IMG/VR virus record: IMGVR_UViG_3300043425_000872
Location: 1 to 47,303 of that record
Origin: a virus
Reading direction: 5' to 3' (one strand)
DNA length: 47,303 nt
A program made the position numbers and the translations under genes. Below, piece after piece: positions 17,168 to 26,807 of the stretch. The notes under the pieces are model-generated. The model was given only the letters and a program-made list of their open reading frames with translations, was not told the DNA's origin and did not search any database. Position 1 is the stretch's first letter. Each line of letters opens with the position of its first letter.

Positions 17168-17611
17168 TCAGTCCTGCGACGTGGTCTGCACGTACTGGAC
17201 CGTGACACGGACCTGACCCGCCGTCGGCTGGCCAACGGACGTGACAGTGCCGAAGAGGGTCGTGTTCGTGCCGATGTTGGCCATGGCGATGCACTGCGCC
17301 GCCGTGTGGGTGGTCGTGTTGCGGCCGCCCGTCTTGGCGTTCACCGAGGTGACGTACTGCGTACCGCCAGCCGCCGAGCCGACGGTCAGCGTCGCCGAGG
17401 TGGCGCTGTTGTACGGCGTGAGCGTGTCGGCGTAGATCTCCACGATCTGCGAGTTCGCAGGCATGATGATCGAGCCGGTCTGCACCAGCGTGGCGTCGAA
17501 GTTGATCAGAAACGTCTGCGACAGGAAGACCTGCCCGATGTTCGGACCCCCGGGAGCACCAGCAGGCTTGTCGCCCGACTGAAGCGGGCCGGACCAAGTT
17601 GTCTGCGACAT
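17168..17611 (-). CDS. Capsid decoration/cement-like protein
   Basis: 147 aa Thr/Ser-rich beta protein directly after capsid gene. Confidence 0.6.
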   Translation of the reverse strand: MSQTTWSGPLQSGDKPAGAPGGPNIGQVFLSQTFLINFDATLVQTGSIIMPANSQIVEIYADTLTPYNSATSATLTVGSAAGGTQYVTSVNAKTGGRNTTTHTAAQCIAMANIGTNTTLFGTVTSVGQPTAGQVRVTVQYVQTTSQD

Positions 17612-17636
17612 CTGTTTTCCCTTTCAGAGAAGAGAA

Positions 17637-17679
17637 GGGCTGCCTTCCGACCGGGGTCCCCCGATCCTGCCAGCAGCCC
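17637..17679 (-). terminator. Hairpin after major capsid gene, probable terminator/stabiliser
   Basis: GGGCTGC/GCAGCCC outer stem plus 7-bp inner stem, followed by TTCTCTT on minus. Confidence 0.55.
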
Positions 17680-17686
17680 CCTCCGG

Positions 17687-18601
17687 TTAGATGCCCGGGG
17701 TGCCGTACACGCCGCGCGGGTCGGTCCAGCCGAACGCGTAACGCTCGGTGGCCTTGTAGCGCATGCTGTCGGTTTCGAAGTCGCCTTCCATGCTCTTCTC
17801 GAGGCCGCGACGCATCGCGAGCTTGAGACCCTCGGGCGCATCGGTCTGGACCCACCATGCGGTGGTCGAGGTGATACGCGAGAGGTTGGCCTGACCGCCG
17901 TCCAGCAGCCCCATCGACTTGACGGGGTTGATGTCGTTGTTCGCGGTACCGGCGCGCAGGACCGACTTGAGCAGGACTTCCGCTTGGAAGACGTTGCTCG
18001 GGCCGACGACCAGCTTCTTCGGGGTCAAGCGGATGCGCTTGCCGTTGTTGTCCACCGCGTTGCGGATCTGGACAAGAAGCTGCTCCAGCGAGGTCTGCGA
18101 CAGGTTTGCGGCCGTCGAAAGCTCGTTGGAGAAGGTGCCGTTGGCAATCGGGTGATCGGTCGCCACCAGTTCCTTGCCGTCGCCGCCCGCATAGGCTGCG
18201 GTGAACGAGCGGTTCAGGATGTTGGCGCCAAGGGTTTCCTTGGTCTCGATCAGCGACTGCGCGAGGTGACGCGCGTAGGTCTGGCCGATGCGGATGTGGT
18301 CACCGTCTTCGACAAGAACCTTGGTCAGCGCGAACGCCAGACCGTAGACCTTGTAGAGGTAGCGCTGGATGAACAGCACACCACCCGACTGGTAGGTGAC
18401 CGGCATGCCGTCAGGCAGTTCCGGCGCGGCGCCGAAGCCGTAGAGCACGGGCTCTTCGTGGTAGTTCCGGGGGATGCCCTTGAACTCCTTGAAGACCTGC
18501 GACCATTCGTCAGCGCGCTGGTCATAGATGCCGTTGAACTCTTCGTTCAGGATCGGCTCGACGATGGAGCGGAAGTCAGTACTCCGCATTGGCATTGCCA
18601 T
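17687..18601 (-). CDS. Major capsid protein (HK97 fold, Mu gpT-like)
   Basis: 304 aa; LVVGPSN..AEVLLKS, WWVQTD, FETDSMRYKATERYAFGWTDPRGVYG. Confidence 0.9.
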   Translation of the reverse strand: MAMPMRSTDFRSIVEPILNEEFNGIYDQRADEWSQVFKEFKGIPRNYHEEPVLYGFGAAPELPDGMPVTYQSGGVLFIQRYLYKVYGLAFALTKVLVEDGDHIRIGQTYARHLAQSLIETKETLGANILNRSFTAAYAGGDGKELVATDHPIANGTFSNELSTAANLSQTSLEQLLVQIRNAVDNNGKRIRLTPKKLVVGPSNVFQAEVLLKSVLRAGTANNDINPVKSMGLLDGGQANLSRITSTTAWWVQTDAPEGLKLAMRRGLEKSMEGDFETDSMRYKATERYAFGWTDPRGVYGTPGI

Positions 18602-18614
18602 GGCTCAGCCCTCC

Positions 18615-19166
18615 TTAGTAAGCTGCGATGTTGGCAGTGTTCTGGTGTTCAGAGATCTGAACCAGAGCATTGACAAACGTGTCACCCCAATTGTTGTCGG
18701 GGCCCGGGACGATACCGATCAGGCGGAGACCGGCGTTGGCGGCGGACGAGGCCACGTTCAGGGACTGCGAAGACAGGCCCGTGATGGTGTTACCGGCGGC
18801 AGCCGAGAAGTCGTACTGCTTGCCGATGTCAGCCACAGCCAGAGCGGCGTTGCTCTGGATCTGGTACGTGATCGTCTGGTCGATGGTCACGTACGCGACG
18901 ATTTCGGTGGCCACGGTGCCCGTGGTCCACTTGTTCGACACGCGGCGACGACCGTCGCTGTCCGTGAACTCGACGCCCTGAAAGGAGCCGATGAACGCGT
19001 CACCGGCGGCGGCGGGAACCAGATTGCCGTCCGTGTCAATCTTGACCGGCTGGTTCTGGAAGATGTTGTTGGCGTACCCCGAAACAATGGACATCGCGAA
19101 CGGGCGAACGACGCCCGACGGATGGTTGACGGGGATAAGGCCGTAGGGAGATGCGGTACTGGGCAT
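18615..19166 (-). CDS. Capsid cement/head decoration-like protein
   Basis: 183 aa, PYGLIPVNH N-terminus, immediately upstream of capsid gene. Confidence 0.6.
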   Translation of the reverse strand: MPSTASPYGLIPVNHPSGVVRPFAMSIVSGYANNIFQNQPVKIDTDGNLVPAAAGDAFIGSFQGVEFTDSDGRRRVSNKWTTGTVATEIVAYVTIDQTITYQIQSNAALAVADIGKQYDFSAAAGNTITGLSSQSLNVASSAANAGLRLIGIVPGPDNNWGDTFVNALVQISEHQNTANIAAY

Positions 19167-19200
19167 GTCCTAGTTCCTTAGATGGTGGGGTGGAGCCCGC

Positions 19201-19743
19201 TCAGGAAAAAAGTCCCTGCTTGGGCGCGTAACGAGACGCCTCCTGCATGTCCTCACTCTCGATCAGCCTGCTGCCGGACCGCTCTGCCTGCTCGCGCATG
19301 ATCTGCGCGGTCTCTTCGAGCTTGTCCTCCTCACGCAACGGAGCGTCGTAGTGAGCTTCCCTCATGAAGCGCTGGTACAGGCTTTCGGGCAGCTTGAACG
19401 CGATCATCTCGTTGACGCCGATCAGGCCGGACCATTCGCCCGTCTTGATCGAGGCATACTCCATACCCGGGACTTCCGACGCCTTGACCGGCTCGTACCC
19501 GAGCTGGACGCGGCGGTGGATGGGGTCACGCGGGTTTGTCGTCGTGAGCCAGCACACATGATAGCCGGAAATGGGCGGCAAATCAGGAAGTGCATCGTTG
19601 TACATTTGCATGCGGAACATTTCCAGCCGGTCGTCTTCGCTTACCGTGCGGTTTTCGGTGACCTGACGGTCTCCTGCGTCACGGGTGCGCCGAGCGGCAC
19701 CAACGTCCTTCTTCAGGCGGTCATCAGAATAGTCATCAGTCAT
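19201..19743 (-). CDS. Head-module hypothetical protein
   Basis: 180 aa, LPPISGYHVCWL..GYEPV motif between scaffold and capsid genes. Confidence 0.75.
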   Translation of the reverse strand: MTDDYSDDRLKKDVGAARRTRDAGDRQVTENRTVSEDDRLEMFRMQMYNDALPDLPPISGYHVCWLTTTNPRDPIHRRVQLGYEPVKASEVPGMEYASIKTGEWSGLIGVNEMIAFKLPESLYQRFMREAHYDAPLREEDKLEETAQIMREQAERSGSRLIESEDMQEASRYAPKQGLFS

Positions 19744-19767
19744 GTTGTCTCACTCCATTTTCAAAAA

Positions 19768-20715
19768 TCAGCGAGCCGAACTTTGCTTGTCGTATGTCTG
19801 ATACGCCTTAAGCATCCGGTTCCGCGCGACGGGATCATCCCAAATGCCTGCCTCCATCATAGCAGCCTTTCTTTCGGGTGTCACGTACACCTCTTTGCGG
19901 GTGCTGGAGGGCGCATGTTCGCGGCTGTTCCCGGTCGGCGGCGCCTTGCGCTTGGGCCGCGCGTCGGCCGCCTCGGGCGCGTCGCCGTCGCCCACACGGG
20001 CGGCCACGCGGCGCGTCAGCTCTTCCCAGTACGTGCGCGTCGCCGGGTTGTAGCCCTCGCGCACGAGGCCGTCGTCGATGGCCTTGGTGATGCGGCTGTC
20101 CTCGTCGCGCCCGTTCGGGTCGTACCACGGGTTGGCGCTGACCCACTCCGCCGCGTAGTTCGTGACGCGCGGGTCGATCTGCGGCTTGGACACCTGCTCG
20201 CGGGCCTGCGCCACCTGCTGCTTGTAGCCCTGCAACTGCTGCGCGGCAGACATGGCCTCGTCGCGGATCCGCATGGCGGCGATCATGTCATCGCCGTTGC
20301 CCGCCTCAGCGGCGCGGGCCATGATGTGCTCGGCCTGACGCACCTCGTTGAGCGCCTGCTGGTAGCGCGCGTCGATGCTCTGCTCATTGGTGCTGATCGC
20401 GTGGCCCTCGACGGCCTGAATGCGGCGCAGCATCTCGGCGTTCTGCTGGCGCAGGAACTCCAGCTCGCGGTCGGCGGCCTCCTTGGCCCGGCGCTGCAGC
20501 TCGCGCCGCTTGACGCGCTTCTGCCGGTTCTTGCTCTTGCCCTCTTCGATGTCGTCGTCGAGGTCGTCCTGACTGTCGGCAAGCCGGTCGTCATCCGTAT
20601 CGTCGCCGTCGTCCTCGTCGTCGGTCTCGACCTGCTCCGCGCCAGCGGCGGGGATGGTATCGGTCTCGATGATGTCGAACTCGTCGCCGTCATTCTCGGT
20701 AGTGTTGTCAACCAT
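19768..20715 (-). CDS. Capsid scaffolding protein
   Basis: 315 aa, acidic N-terminus, long coiled coil, WVSANPWY motif, basic C-terminus. Confidence 0.75.
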   Translation of the reverse strand: MVDNTTENDGDEFDIIETDTIPAAGAEQVETDDEDDGDDTDDDRLADSQDDLDDDIEEGKSKNRQKRVKRRELQRRAKEAADRELEFLRQQNAEMLRRIQAVEGHAISTNEQSIDARYQQALNEVRQAEHIMARAAEAGNGDDMIAAMRIRDEAMSAAQQLQGYKQQVAQAREQVSKPQIDPRVTNYAAEWVSANPWYDPNGRDEDSRITKAIDDGLVREGYNPATRTYWEELTRRVAARVGDGDAPEAADARPKRKAPPTGNSREHAPSSTRKEVYVTPERKAAMMEAGIWDDPVARNRMLKAYQTYDKQSSAR

Positions 20716-20726
20716 TGCTCGTCTCC

Positions 20727-21152
20727 TCAGATGTAGGCCTTCATGCTCAGCGGATCGCCAGTGATCCGCCCCAGCAAGTCGAGGTCGTTGAACATGACGA
20801 ACAACACCTCTTTCCCGTCAACCTCGACGCTCCAGCGGTCGCCGCCGTACTTGGGCGCGCGCACGAAGTCCCCGACCTCGCACCACGACCCCTCGGGCCA
20901 CGGCTCCATGGTGTTGCGGTTGTGGAACGCCAGACTGCCCACGGCCACGACCTTCGCGGCCTGCGTGTTCCAGCGCTCGGTCTCCTGCGTGTCCTCGGGC
21001 AGGATGATGCCGCCAGCCGTCTTGCTCTTGGCCGAGCGGATCTGCACGATGACGCGCGAGCCGAAGGGCTGCACGCCCGGGTCGATCACGGGGAACGCCT
21101 CGTCGAGGCTCCCGTAGTCAAACCTCACCTTGTTCAGTACGTAGTCTTGCAT
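20727..21152 (-). CDS. groES: GroES-like co-chaperonin
   Basis: QPFGSRVIVQ..KTAGGIILP..AKVVAVGS..VGDFV..KYGG. Confidence 0.9.
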   Translation of the reverse strand: MQDYVLNKVRFDYGSLDEAFPVIDPGVQPFGSRVIVQIRSAKSKTAGGIILPEDTQETERWNTQAAKVVAVGSLAFHNRNTMEPWPEGSWCEVGDFVRAPKYGGDRWSVEVDGKEVLFVMFNDLDLLGRITGDPLSMKAYI

Positions 21153-21163
21153 ATGTGCTCCTC

Positions 21164-21358
21164 TTAGAGATCGAACCCCTTGCGCTCATGCTCGGAGACC
21201 ATCTCGATCAGCGTATTCTTGGCATGCTCGAGCCCCGCGTACATGCCGACTGCTCGGCCGTAGTCGAAGCCCTCCTTGCCGGTGGGCCGCTCCAGCGCCT
21301 CTTTCGCAAGCTGGGCTTGCGCCGTCTCCAAGCGCTGGAGCAACATCTCGATCCTCAC
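21164..21358 (-). CDS. Hypothetical protein, 64 aa
   Basis: Helical ORF, GTGA-coupled. Confidence 0.75.
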   Translation of the reverse strand: MRIEMLLQRLETAQAQLAKEALERPTGKEGFDYGRAVGMYAGLEHAKNTLIEMVSEHERKGFDL

Positions 21359-21492
21359 GCCGGGGTCTTCGGCCCGCCGCCGACCTTGGGCATCTCGCCC
21401 ATGGCCATCTTCTTGTGCTGGCTGACGGCCTCACCCGCCAGCTTCGACACCTTGCCGCTCGGGGCGGCGCTCTTCGCGTTGTTCTCAGCCAT
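21355..21492 (-). CDS. Small basic protein, 45 aa
   Basis: Hand translation MAENNAKSAAPSGKVSKLAGEAVSQHKKMAMGEMPKVGGGPKTPA; AAGGA RBS. Confidence 0.65.
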   Translation of the reverse strand: MAENNAKSAAPSGKVSKLAGEAVSQHKKMAMGEMPKVGGGPKTPA

Positions 21493-21495
21493 TGC

Positions 21496-21807
21496 TCAGT
21501 CCTTCTCTTGCGCCGCGAGACGGTCCCGCAGGCTGTACCCTTCCAGCTTCCAGAGCTGGCGGATGGCGTTCTCGTACGCGAACTTCTTGCCGAGTTCCGC
21601 GTCGAAGTTTTCGGGGCTGGCGGGCGCGCTCTCGCCCACCACAAAAAACCCGTTCTGCATCGTCAGGATGCAGAGCGTGAGGATGAGGTTGACGACGACG
21701 TACTCCTCGCGGACGATCTTCGCCTGCATGCTCTCCAGCGTGACGCGCGGCGCGGTGGCCACTGCGGCGCTCTCGGCCTCGGATGCTGTCAGTGCTTCGC
21801 TTTCCAT
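21496..21807 (-). CDS. Phage N4 gp49/Sf6 gp66 family protein (candidate nucleotide sponge)
   Basis: LTLCILTMQNGFFVVGESAPASPENFDAELGKKFAYENAIRQLWKLEGY matches the family pattern. Confidence 0.82.
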   Translation of the reverse strand: MESEALTASEAESAAVATAPRVTLESMQAKIVREEYVVVNLILTLCILTMQNGFFVVGESAPASPENFDAELGKKFAYENAIRQLWKLEGYSLRDRLAAQEKD

Positions 21808-21819
21808 TCCGTGTGCTCC

Positions 21820-24417
21820 TTATGGGTTGGGGTTTATCCCGGTCCCCGTGGAGACCGCGACCTTTTCGCCCGAGGCAATCTCCGCCGCCGCCAGTTCCAT
21901 GGCGGTGCGGTTGTCCTCGGTGTTCATCTGCATGCGCGCGTTGAGCTCGGCAGCCGTGCGCTGGTCCTCGGCCTGCTCGCGCTGCTGCTGCAGCATGGCG
22001 TCCTGCTGCATCGCGGCGGCCTTGAGCTGCGCCTCCTGCTGCATGCGCTGCGCGTCGATCTGCAGGCGCGCCTGCTCCACCTGCGCGTCCTGCGCCGCCT
22101 GCTGTGCGGTGAGCTGCATCTTGGCCTGCTCGACGGCGGTGCGCTGCTGCAGCTCGGCCTGCTTGACCTGCGCCTGCAGTTGGGCCGACTGGGCGGCGGC
22201 CTGCGCCGGATCCATGGGCTGCGGCGGGGCGAGCTTCTGCGCCATCTCCTGCGCCTGCGCGATGACCTCGGGCATGGACTTGAAGACCTCGTCGCCCTGC
22301 TCGACCACGTACGCGCCTGCCTCGGCGAGGGCCCGGTCGAGTGCCTTGCGCGCCTCCTTGTCGCCCTTGATCTCCTTCATGTCCTCGCTGATGTCCAGAC
22401 CGGAAGCCTCGTTGGCCACGTCCAGTACGCTGCTGGCGTACCAGTAGGCGATGTGCTCCTTGAGGTGCTGCAGCATCACGGGCAGGAAGGCCGGGGCGAT
22501 GAGCGGGTTCATGCCGAAGGCCGGGCTCCTCATGTACGCGAGGTGCGTCTTGAGGTGCGCGATGTGGTCCTGATCGGGGAAGGCCGTGACCGGCTTGCCC
22601 ATGCTGGCGGACACGTTCTCGGCCACGGCGTTGAGCTCCTGCGGCTCGACGGGCGGGTTGAGCAGGCCCTCGGCGTCGGGGATCTTCAGCGTCTCGAGGA
22701 TGCGCTCCTCGACCTTGCGCAGGTTGTAGAGCTGCGGCAGGGCCGCCGAGCGCTGCGCCACGGCCTGCACCTGCGCAAAGCGCTGGGCCTCGCTGAAGAT
22801 GTTCGGGTCGCTGACGGGCACGACGTCCATCGGCCCCTCGAAGTCGGCGCGCGTGGCGATCTCCTCGCCCACCTCAGCCTCGGTGTCCGCGTCGTCGAGG
22901 TACATGCCGTTGAGGCGGTGCAGCACCTTGAGCATGCGCGCCATGGCGTCGTGCAGGCGGGCGTGGATCGCGCTGAACACGACCATGCCCTGCTCGAGCT
23001 TGGCCAGCGTCGTGCCGACCGGCGCGTTCGGGTTGCTGTCGGCGATGTCGTCCAGCGTGGTGCGGATGACGCCCTGCCCGGCATCGACGAGGAAGCCGAG
23101 GAGCTGGAACAGCACAGCCGAGGGCGGGTTGAACGGCAGCGGCATCGCGATCTTGCGGATGTCGTCAACGTTGAGGCCGCCCTCGATCTCCTCCACCTGC
23201 GTCGGCTGGATGTTCAGGGACTGCCCGCCGCGCGAGCCGCCCTTGAGCTTGAGCATGGTCGGCGCGTTGTTGATGTGCGCGCTGTCGAGCAGGGCGCGCA
23301 GGGCGCCGGTGGCCGCCGCGCTCAGGCCGCCGACCATGTGCGGCAGGCCGATGGGGTATGCGCCGCGCCACGGCACGAAGGGGAACTCGATGAACCAGAC
23401 CAGCTCCTCGCGGCTCTCGTCCAGCTCGTCCCAGTTGCGGTACAGGGCGAGCACCTTGTTGCTCGTCTTGTCGATGGTGACGATGTACGGGGCCAGCTCG
23501 CCCCCGGCCATGCCGTCGCCCTCGATGCGCAGCAGGGCGTGCGTCTCGTAGACGGTGCGCAGGCCGTCCTCGTTGTAGCTCGTGTCGGTGCGGCCCTCGA
23601 TCTTGTCGTTGGCCTTCTGCACGATGCTCGGCTCGGGCTCCATGCTCACCAAGCCGATGTCCACGTCGCGGTACATGCCCGCCTTGACGCGCTGCTCGTA
23701 GTCCACCTGCGTGATGTACTGCACGTGCGTCTTGCGTTGCGCCGTGTAGAAGCTGGTGGCGGCATACGGCAGCAACATGTCGTCGATTGCAACGAACAGG
23801 AAGCCGGGCCGGTTGCGGCTCTCGTCCCACGACAGCTTGAGGTACTGCGCCCCGCCGAGCGGCACCTGCGTCAGCATCTGCTCGATCTCGGCGCGCGCCT
23901 CGGTGCATTGCACCGTGAGCTGCCAGTTCATCAGGGCCGTCTTGCGCTTGGCCTTCTTCGCCTTGTCGGGCGTCACCTCGCCCGGGATGAAGTCCTTGGC
24001 CGGGCCCTGCGGCGGGAACAGCTCCTTCATGGCGCGCGCGGCGAAGTCCACGGTGGCCTGCACCATCATCGGGTGCACGACGCGGCTGGCGCCTTGGAAC
24101 TGCGCGCCGCCGGGCGCGTCGTCGCCGAGGCCGGTGCGGCGCAGGCCCTCCTCGTACTGCTCGTCGCGCTTCTTGCGCGCCTCCTTGTCGCGGCCGATCA
24201 GCTCGACCAGCGAGGTGGCGATGGCGTTCAGCTCGTGATCGGGCAGCACCTCGGCGAGGTTCTCGAGGAAGTCCGCGTCGCGCTCCGCCTCCTCGTCCTC
24301 GAGGCGCACGATAGCGCCGCCGTCCTCGGTGTCCTCGACGTCGTCCTCGGCATCGTCGGACAGCTCGACCATTTCGCCGTACTCTTCGCCGGGCTGCTCG
24401 ATGTCGTCTTCGTCCAT
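21820..24417 (-). CDS. Portal protein (P22-like, Gln-rich C-terminal barrel)
   Basis: 865 aa directly after TerL; VVHPMMVQA, WRGAYPIGL, Q-rich coiled-coil tail. Confidence 0.9.
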   Translation of the reverse strand: MDEDDIEQPGEEYGEMVELSDDAEDDVEDTEDGGAIVRLEDEEAERDADFLENLAEVLPDHELNAIATSLVELIGRDKEARKKRDEQYEEGLRRTGLGDDAPGGAQFQGASRVVHPMMVQATVDFAARAMKELFPPQGPAKDFIPGEVTPDKAKKAKRKTALMNWQLTVQCTEARAEIEQMLTQVPLGGAQYLKLSWDESRNRPGFLFVAIDDMLLPYAATSFYTAQRKTHVQYITQVDYEQRVKAGMYRDVDIGLVSMEPEPSIVQKANDKIEGRTDTSYNEDGLRTVYETHALLRIEGDGMAGGELAPYIVTIDKTSNKVLALYRNWDELDESREELVWFIEFPFVPWRGAYPIGLPHMVGGLSAAATGALRALLDSAHINNAPTMLKLKGGSRGGQSLNIQPTQVEEIEGGLNVDDIRKIAMPLPFNPPSAVLFQLLGFLVDAGQGVIRTTLDDIADSNPNAPVGTTLAKLEQGMVVFSAIHARLHDAMARMLKVLHRLNGMYLDDADTEAEVGEEIATRADFEGPMDVVPVSDPNIFSEAQRFAQVQAVAQRSAALPQLYNLRKVEERILETLKIPDAEGLLNPPVEPQELNAVAENVSASMGKPVTAFPDQDHIAHLKTHLAYMRSPAFGMNPLIAPAFLPVMLQHLKEHIAYWYASSVLDVANEASGLDISEDMKEIKGDKEARKALDRALAEAGAYVVEQGDEVFKSMPEVIAQAQEMAQKLAPPQPMDPAQAAAQSAQLQAQVKQAELQQRTAVEQAKMQLTAQQAAQDAQVEQARLQIDAQRMQQEAQLKAAAMQQDAMLQQQREQAEDQRTAAELNARMQMNTEDNRTAMELAAAEIASGEKVAVSTGTGINPNP

Positions 24418-24426
24418 GGGTCGGTC

Positions 24427-25905
24427 CTAGCTTGCGTACGGGTTGGATACGGGCTTGCGCGGCGGCGGGGCCTCGGTCTTGGCCTCCTTTACCATCGACA
24501 CGAGGCCCTTGTCCAACATGAGGCGGACGCACTGCGTCGTGGCGTCCACGAAGTCGTCGTGCTTGATGCTGCCGGAGCCGGTGAAGGAGCAGAGCTGCGC
24601 CAGCAGGGGCTCGACCCACGTGCGCGGGCGGCCCGGGTACTTGTCGCTCTCCGGCAACCAGACGCGGCGGCGGGCGAAGACGTGGCTGACCATGTGCAGG
24701 CGCGCCAGCTTGTCGGCCCGGCCCGGGTTGTAGGCGTAGGCCTCGATGCCCTCGCGCTCCAGCATCTGGCGCAGGCTGATGCCGCTGCCCTTGTCCTCGA
24801 TCAGGCACAGGTCCGGCTTGCGGCCCGACGTGATGGGCTTCGCGCCGCCGAACATGGGCTTGATCAGCGCCGTGTCCTGATCGTCGCCGTAGGCCACGTT
24901 CAGCTCCTTCTTCACGCGCTTGATGAGATCCGGCATGCCCATCTGATCCGCCCAGCAGTCGAGCAGGATCAGGTTCGTGGTGCGGCTCTTCTCGCGGTCG
25001 TACGTGCTGAACGCGCCGAGCACGACGCAGGCCGTGCTGTCCGGGTCGCCGCTCTTCTTGTCGTACGTGGCCTCGGTGAAGGCCGTGTCGAGGCTGAGCA
25101 CGATGTAGTCGAGGACGGGCAGGGGCTTCTTGGCGGGCCAGAGGCGCATCCAGCTCCGCTTGATGATGCCCGCCTCCTCGGGGTCGATCAGCTCGCCGTG
25201 CAGCTCCTGCCTGCCCAGCGTCGTGCCCTCGTACTGCTCGAGCTGCTTGAAGAAGCTGTCGGGCAGGTTGGCCCGGTTGTCGAACGTCGAGCCGCGCACG
25301 ATCACGCGCCCCGGCTGCGGGGCGCTGAGCTTGCGGATCAGCTCCTTGGGCTTGGGCGTCGTGGTCCACAGCACCTGCGGCGTCGAGCCGAGGCGCAGGC
25401 CCATCTGCATCATGTCCCACGTCTCTTCGTCGTACTGCCACGCGGCCAGCTCGTCGCACCACGCACGGCAGGCCTGCGGGCCGCGCAGGCGCTCCGGGTT
25501 CTCGGCGCTGAAGCCTTGGATCAGGACCGGCTTGCCCGCGCAGTTGCGCATCGTGATCGTGAGGTCGGACTTGTTGTCGGCGATGATCAGTTGCGGCGGG
25601 ATCACGGACATGAGCCCGCTCTCGCCGTAGAAGGCCACGCGCTTCACGTCGCCGAGCGTCGGGCAGATGACGTACACGGGCAGGCCCGAGGGATCCTCGT
25701 ACGTGGCCTGCGCCAGCCACTCGGCGCCGACGCGCGTCTTGCCGAAGCCGCGCCCGGCGAGGTAGCCGCACTCGCTCCACGGCGTCTCGGGCGGGATCTG
25801 CGGCGGGCGCGCCGTCTCGGCCCAGCGCCGCTGCCAGTCCACGTAGGCCAGCATGTCGGGCGGCAGCTTGGCTGTCTGCGCCTCGATGGTGGCGAGGTCC
25901 ATCAC
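24427..25905 (-). CDS. terL: Terminase large subunit
   Basis: Walker A AGRGFGKT, LRGPQ..AWCDELAAW, RNase H-like SLDTAF...HDDFVDA. Confidence 0.96.
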   Translation of the reverse strand: MMDLATIEAQTAKLPPDMLAYVDWQRRWAETARPPQIPPETPWSECGYLAGRGFGKTRVGAEWLAQATYEDPSGLPVYVICPTLGDVKRVAFYGESGLMSVIPPQLIIADNKSDLTITMRNCAGKPVLIQGFSAENPERLRGPQACRAWCDELAAWQYDEETWDMMQMGLRLGSTPQVLWTTTPKPKELIRKLSAPQPGRVIVRGSTFDNRANLPDSFFKQLEQYEGTTLGRQELHGELIDPEEAGIIKRSWMRLWPAKKPLPVLDYIVLSLDTAFTEATYDKKSGDPDSTACVVLGAFSTYDREKSRTTNLILLDCWADQMGMPDLIKRVKKELNVAYGDDQDTALIKPMFGGAKPITSGRKPDLCLIEDKGSGISLRQMLEREGIEAYAYNPGRADKLARLHMVSHVFARRRVWLPESDKYPGRPRTWVEPLLAQLCSFTGSGSIKHDDFVDATTQCVRLMLDKGLVSMVKEAKTEAPPPRKPVSNPYAS

Positions 25906-26096
25906 GCCTTGCGGTACAGCTCGAGGGTCTGCCTGAGCTGCGTGTTCATCTCGCGCACCAGATCGTAGCGGTCGGCCGACACGTCGAGGGCGCGCTGCAG
26001 CTCGGCGATGTGCGCGTCACGTACGGCCACGTCTGCGGCGAGATCGGCGATGGTTGCATCCGCCGCGCGGATGTAACTCCACGGGTTCCAGATCAT
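25902..26096 (-). CDS. Coiled-coil hypothetical protein, 64 aa
   Basis: Start reassigned to ATG 26096 (ATGA overlap with terS stop). Confidence 0.7.
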   Translation of the reverse strand: MIWNPWSYIRAADATIADLAADVAVRDAHIAELQRALDVSADRYDLVREMNTQLRQTLELYRKA

Positions 26097-26557
26097 GCGC
26101 CGCGCTTCGCGGCGCGCAGGGCGGCGGCGATGTTGGCCGCGACCTCGGCGGCGTTGTGCTCGACCTTGAGGGCCTCGCCGTCCTTGTTGCCGACGTCCAC
26201 GGTCTGCTTGCTGCCGTACTTCTTCGGGTTCCAGCAGGCCAGCAGCTTGAGGCGGGTGTCCACCTGCGCGCGCTTCCACTGCACGTGCCCCGGATCGACG
26301 CGACCGTCCACGCGGGCGGGCTCTGCGTCGATCAGGTCGAGTGCCTGCTCGGCGATGGCGTCGGTGCCGGTGTCCCGGGCGCGCGCGACCTGTGCAGCGA
26401 AGTCCGGGTCGCGCTCCTGCCACAGATACACCGTACGCCAATTCGGCATGCCCTCTTGGCGGCACAGCTCCCTCAGCGGCGTGCCGTCGCACAGGCCGTC
26501 AATGATGCGCTTCTCGACTACGGGGGTTCTCTTCGTGGGCCGCTGGGCCATCTGCAT
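26093..26557 (-). CDS. terS: Terminase small subunit (Sf6-like)
   Basis: IIDGLCDGTPLRELC..MPNWRTVYLW..FAAQVARAR..KLLACWNPKKYG. Confidence 0.9.
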   Translation of the reverse strand: MQMAQRPTKRTPVVEKRIIDGLCDGTPLRELCRQEGMPNWRTVYLWQERDPDFAAQVARARDTGTDAIAEQALDLIDAEPARVDGRVDPGHVQWKRAQVDTRLKLLACWNPKKYGSKQTVDVGNKDGEALKVEHNAAEVAANIAAALRAAKRGA

Positions 26558-26591
26558 GCTCCGCTACGTGGCAGGACTACCAGTGGCGACA

Positions 26592-26620
26592 GAGATAGCA
26601 CCGAGCGCTTGATCCGACAA
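26592..26620 (-). promoter_or_regulatory. Putative promoter of packaging/late operon
   Basis: Minus strand TTGTCG-N17-TATCTC preceded by GC, alphaproteobacterial style. Confidence 0.45.
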
Positions 26621-26726
26621 GGGTGCCTTGGAGATCCAAGGGACCACGCATCAGTTCGAGGGTGATCCACCGTTACTTGCAAAACAATGCAACAGAACAA
26701 TTCACACGTAAAACGCCGCAAGTAGC

Positions 26727-26807
26727 TCCGGACAGTCGGACACGGTGGACTGGACATACACCCCCCTCTCTAAGGGAGGGGTGTAATGTCCGGATGTCCG
26801 GATGTCC
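26727..26807. promoter_or_regulatory. Origin-like element: GGACA/TGTCC iterons flanking a GC-rich palindrome
   Basis: GGACA at 26730, 26738, 26752; ACACCCC..GGGGTGT core; ATGTCC(GG) at 26786, 26794, 26802. Confidence 0.65.

Noticed and set aside
21415-25968. 1517-aa plus-strand ORF and the 871-aa minus ORF at 23165-25780
   Set aside because: Antisense and off-frame shadows of portal/terL caused by high GC3; low-complexity translations
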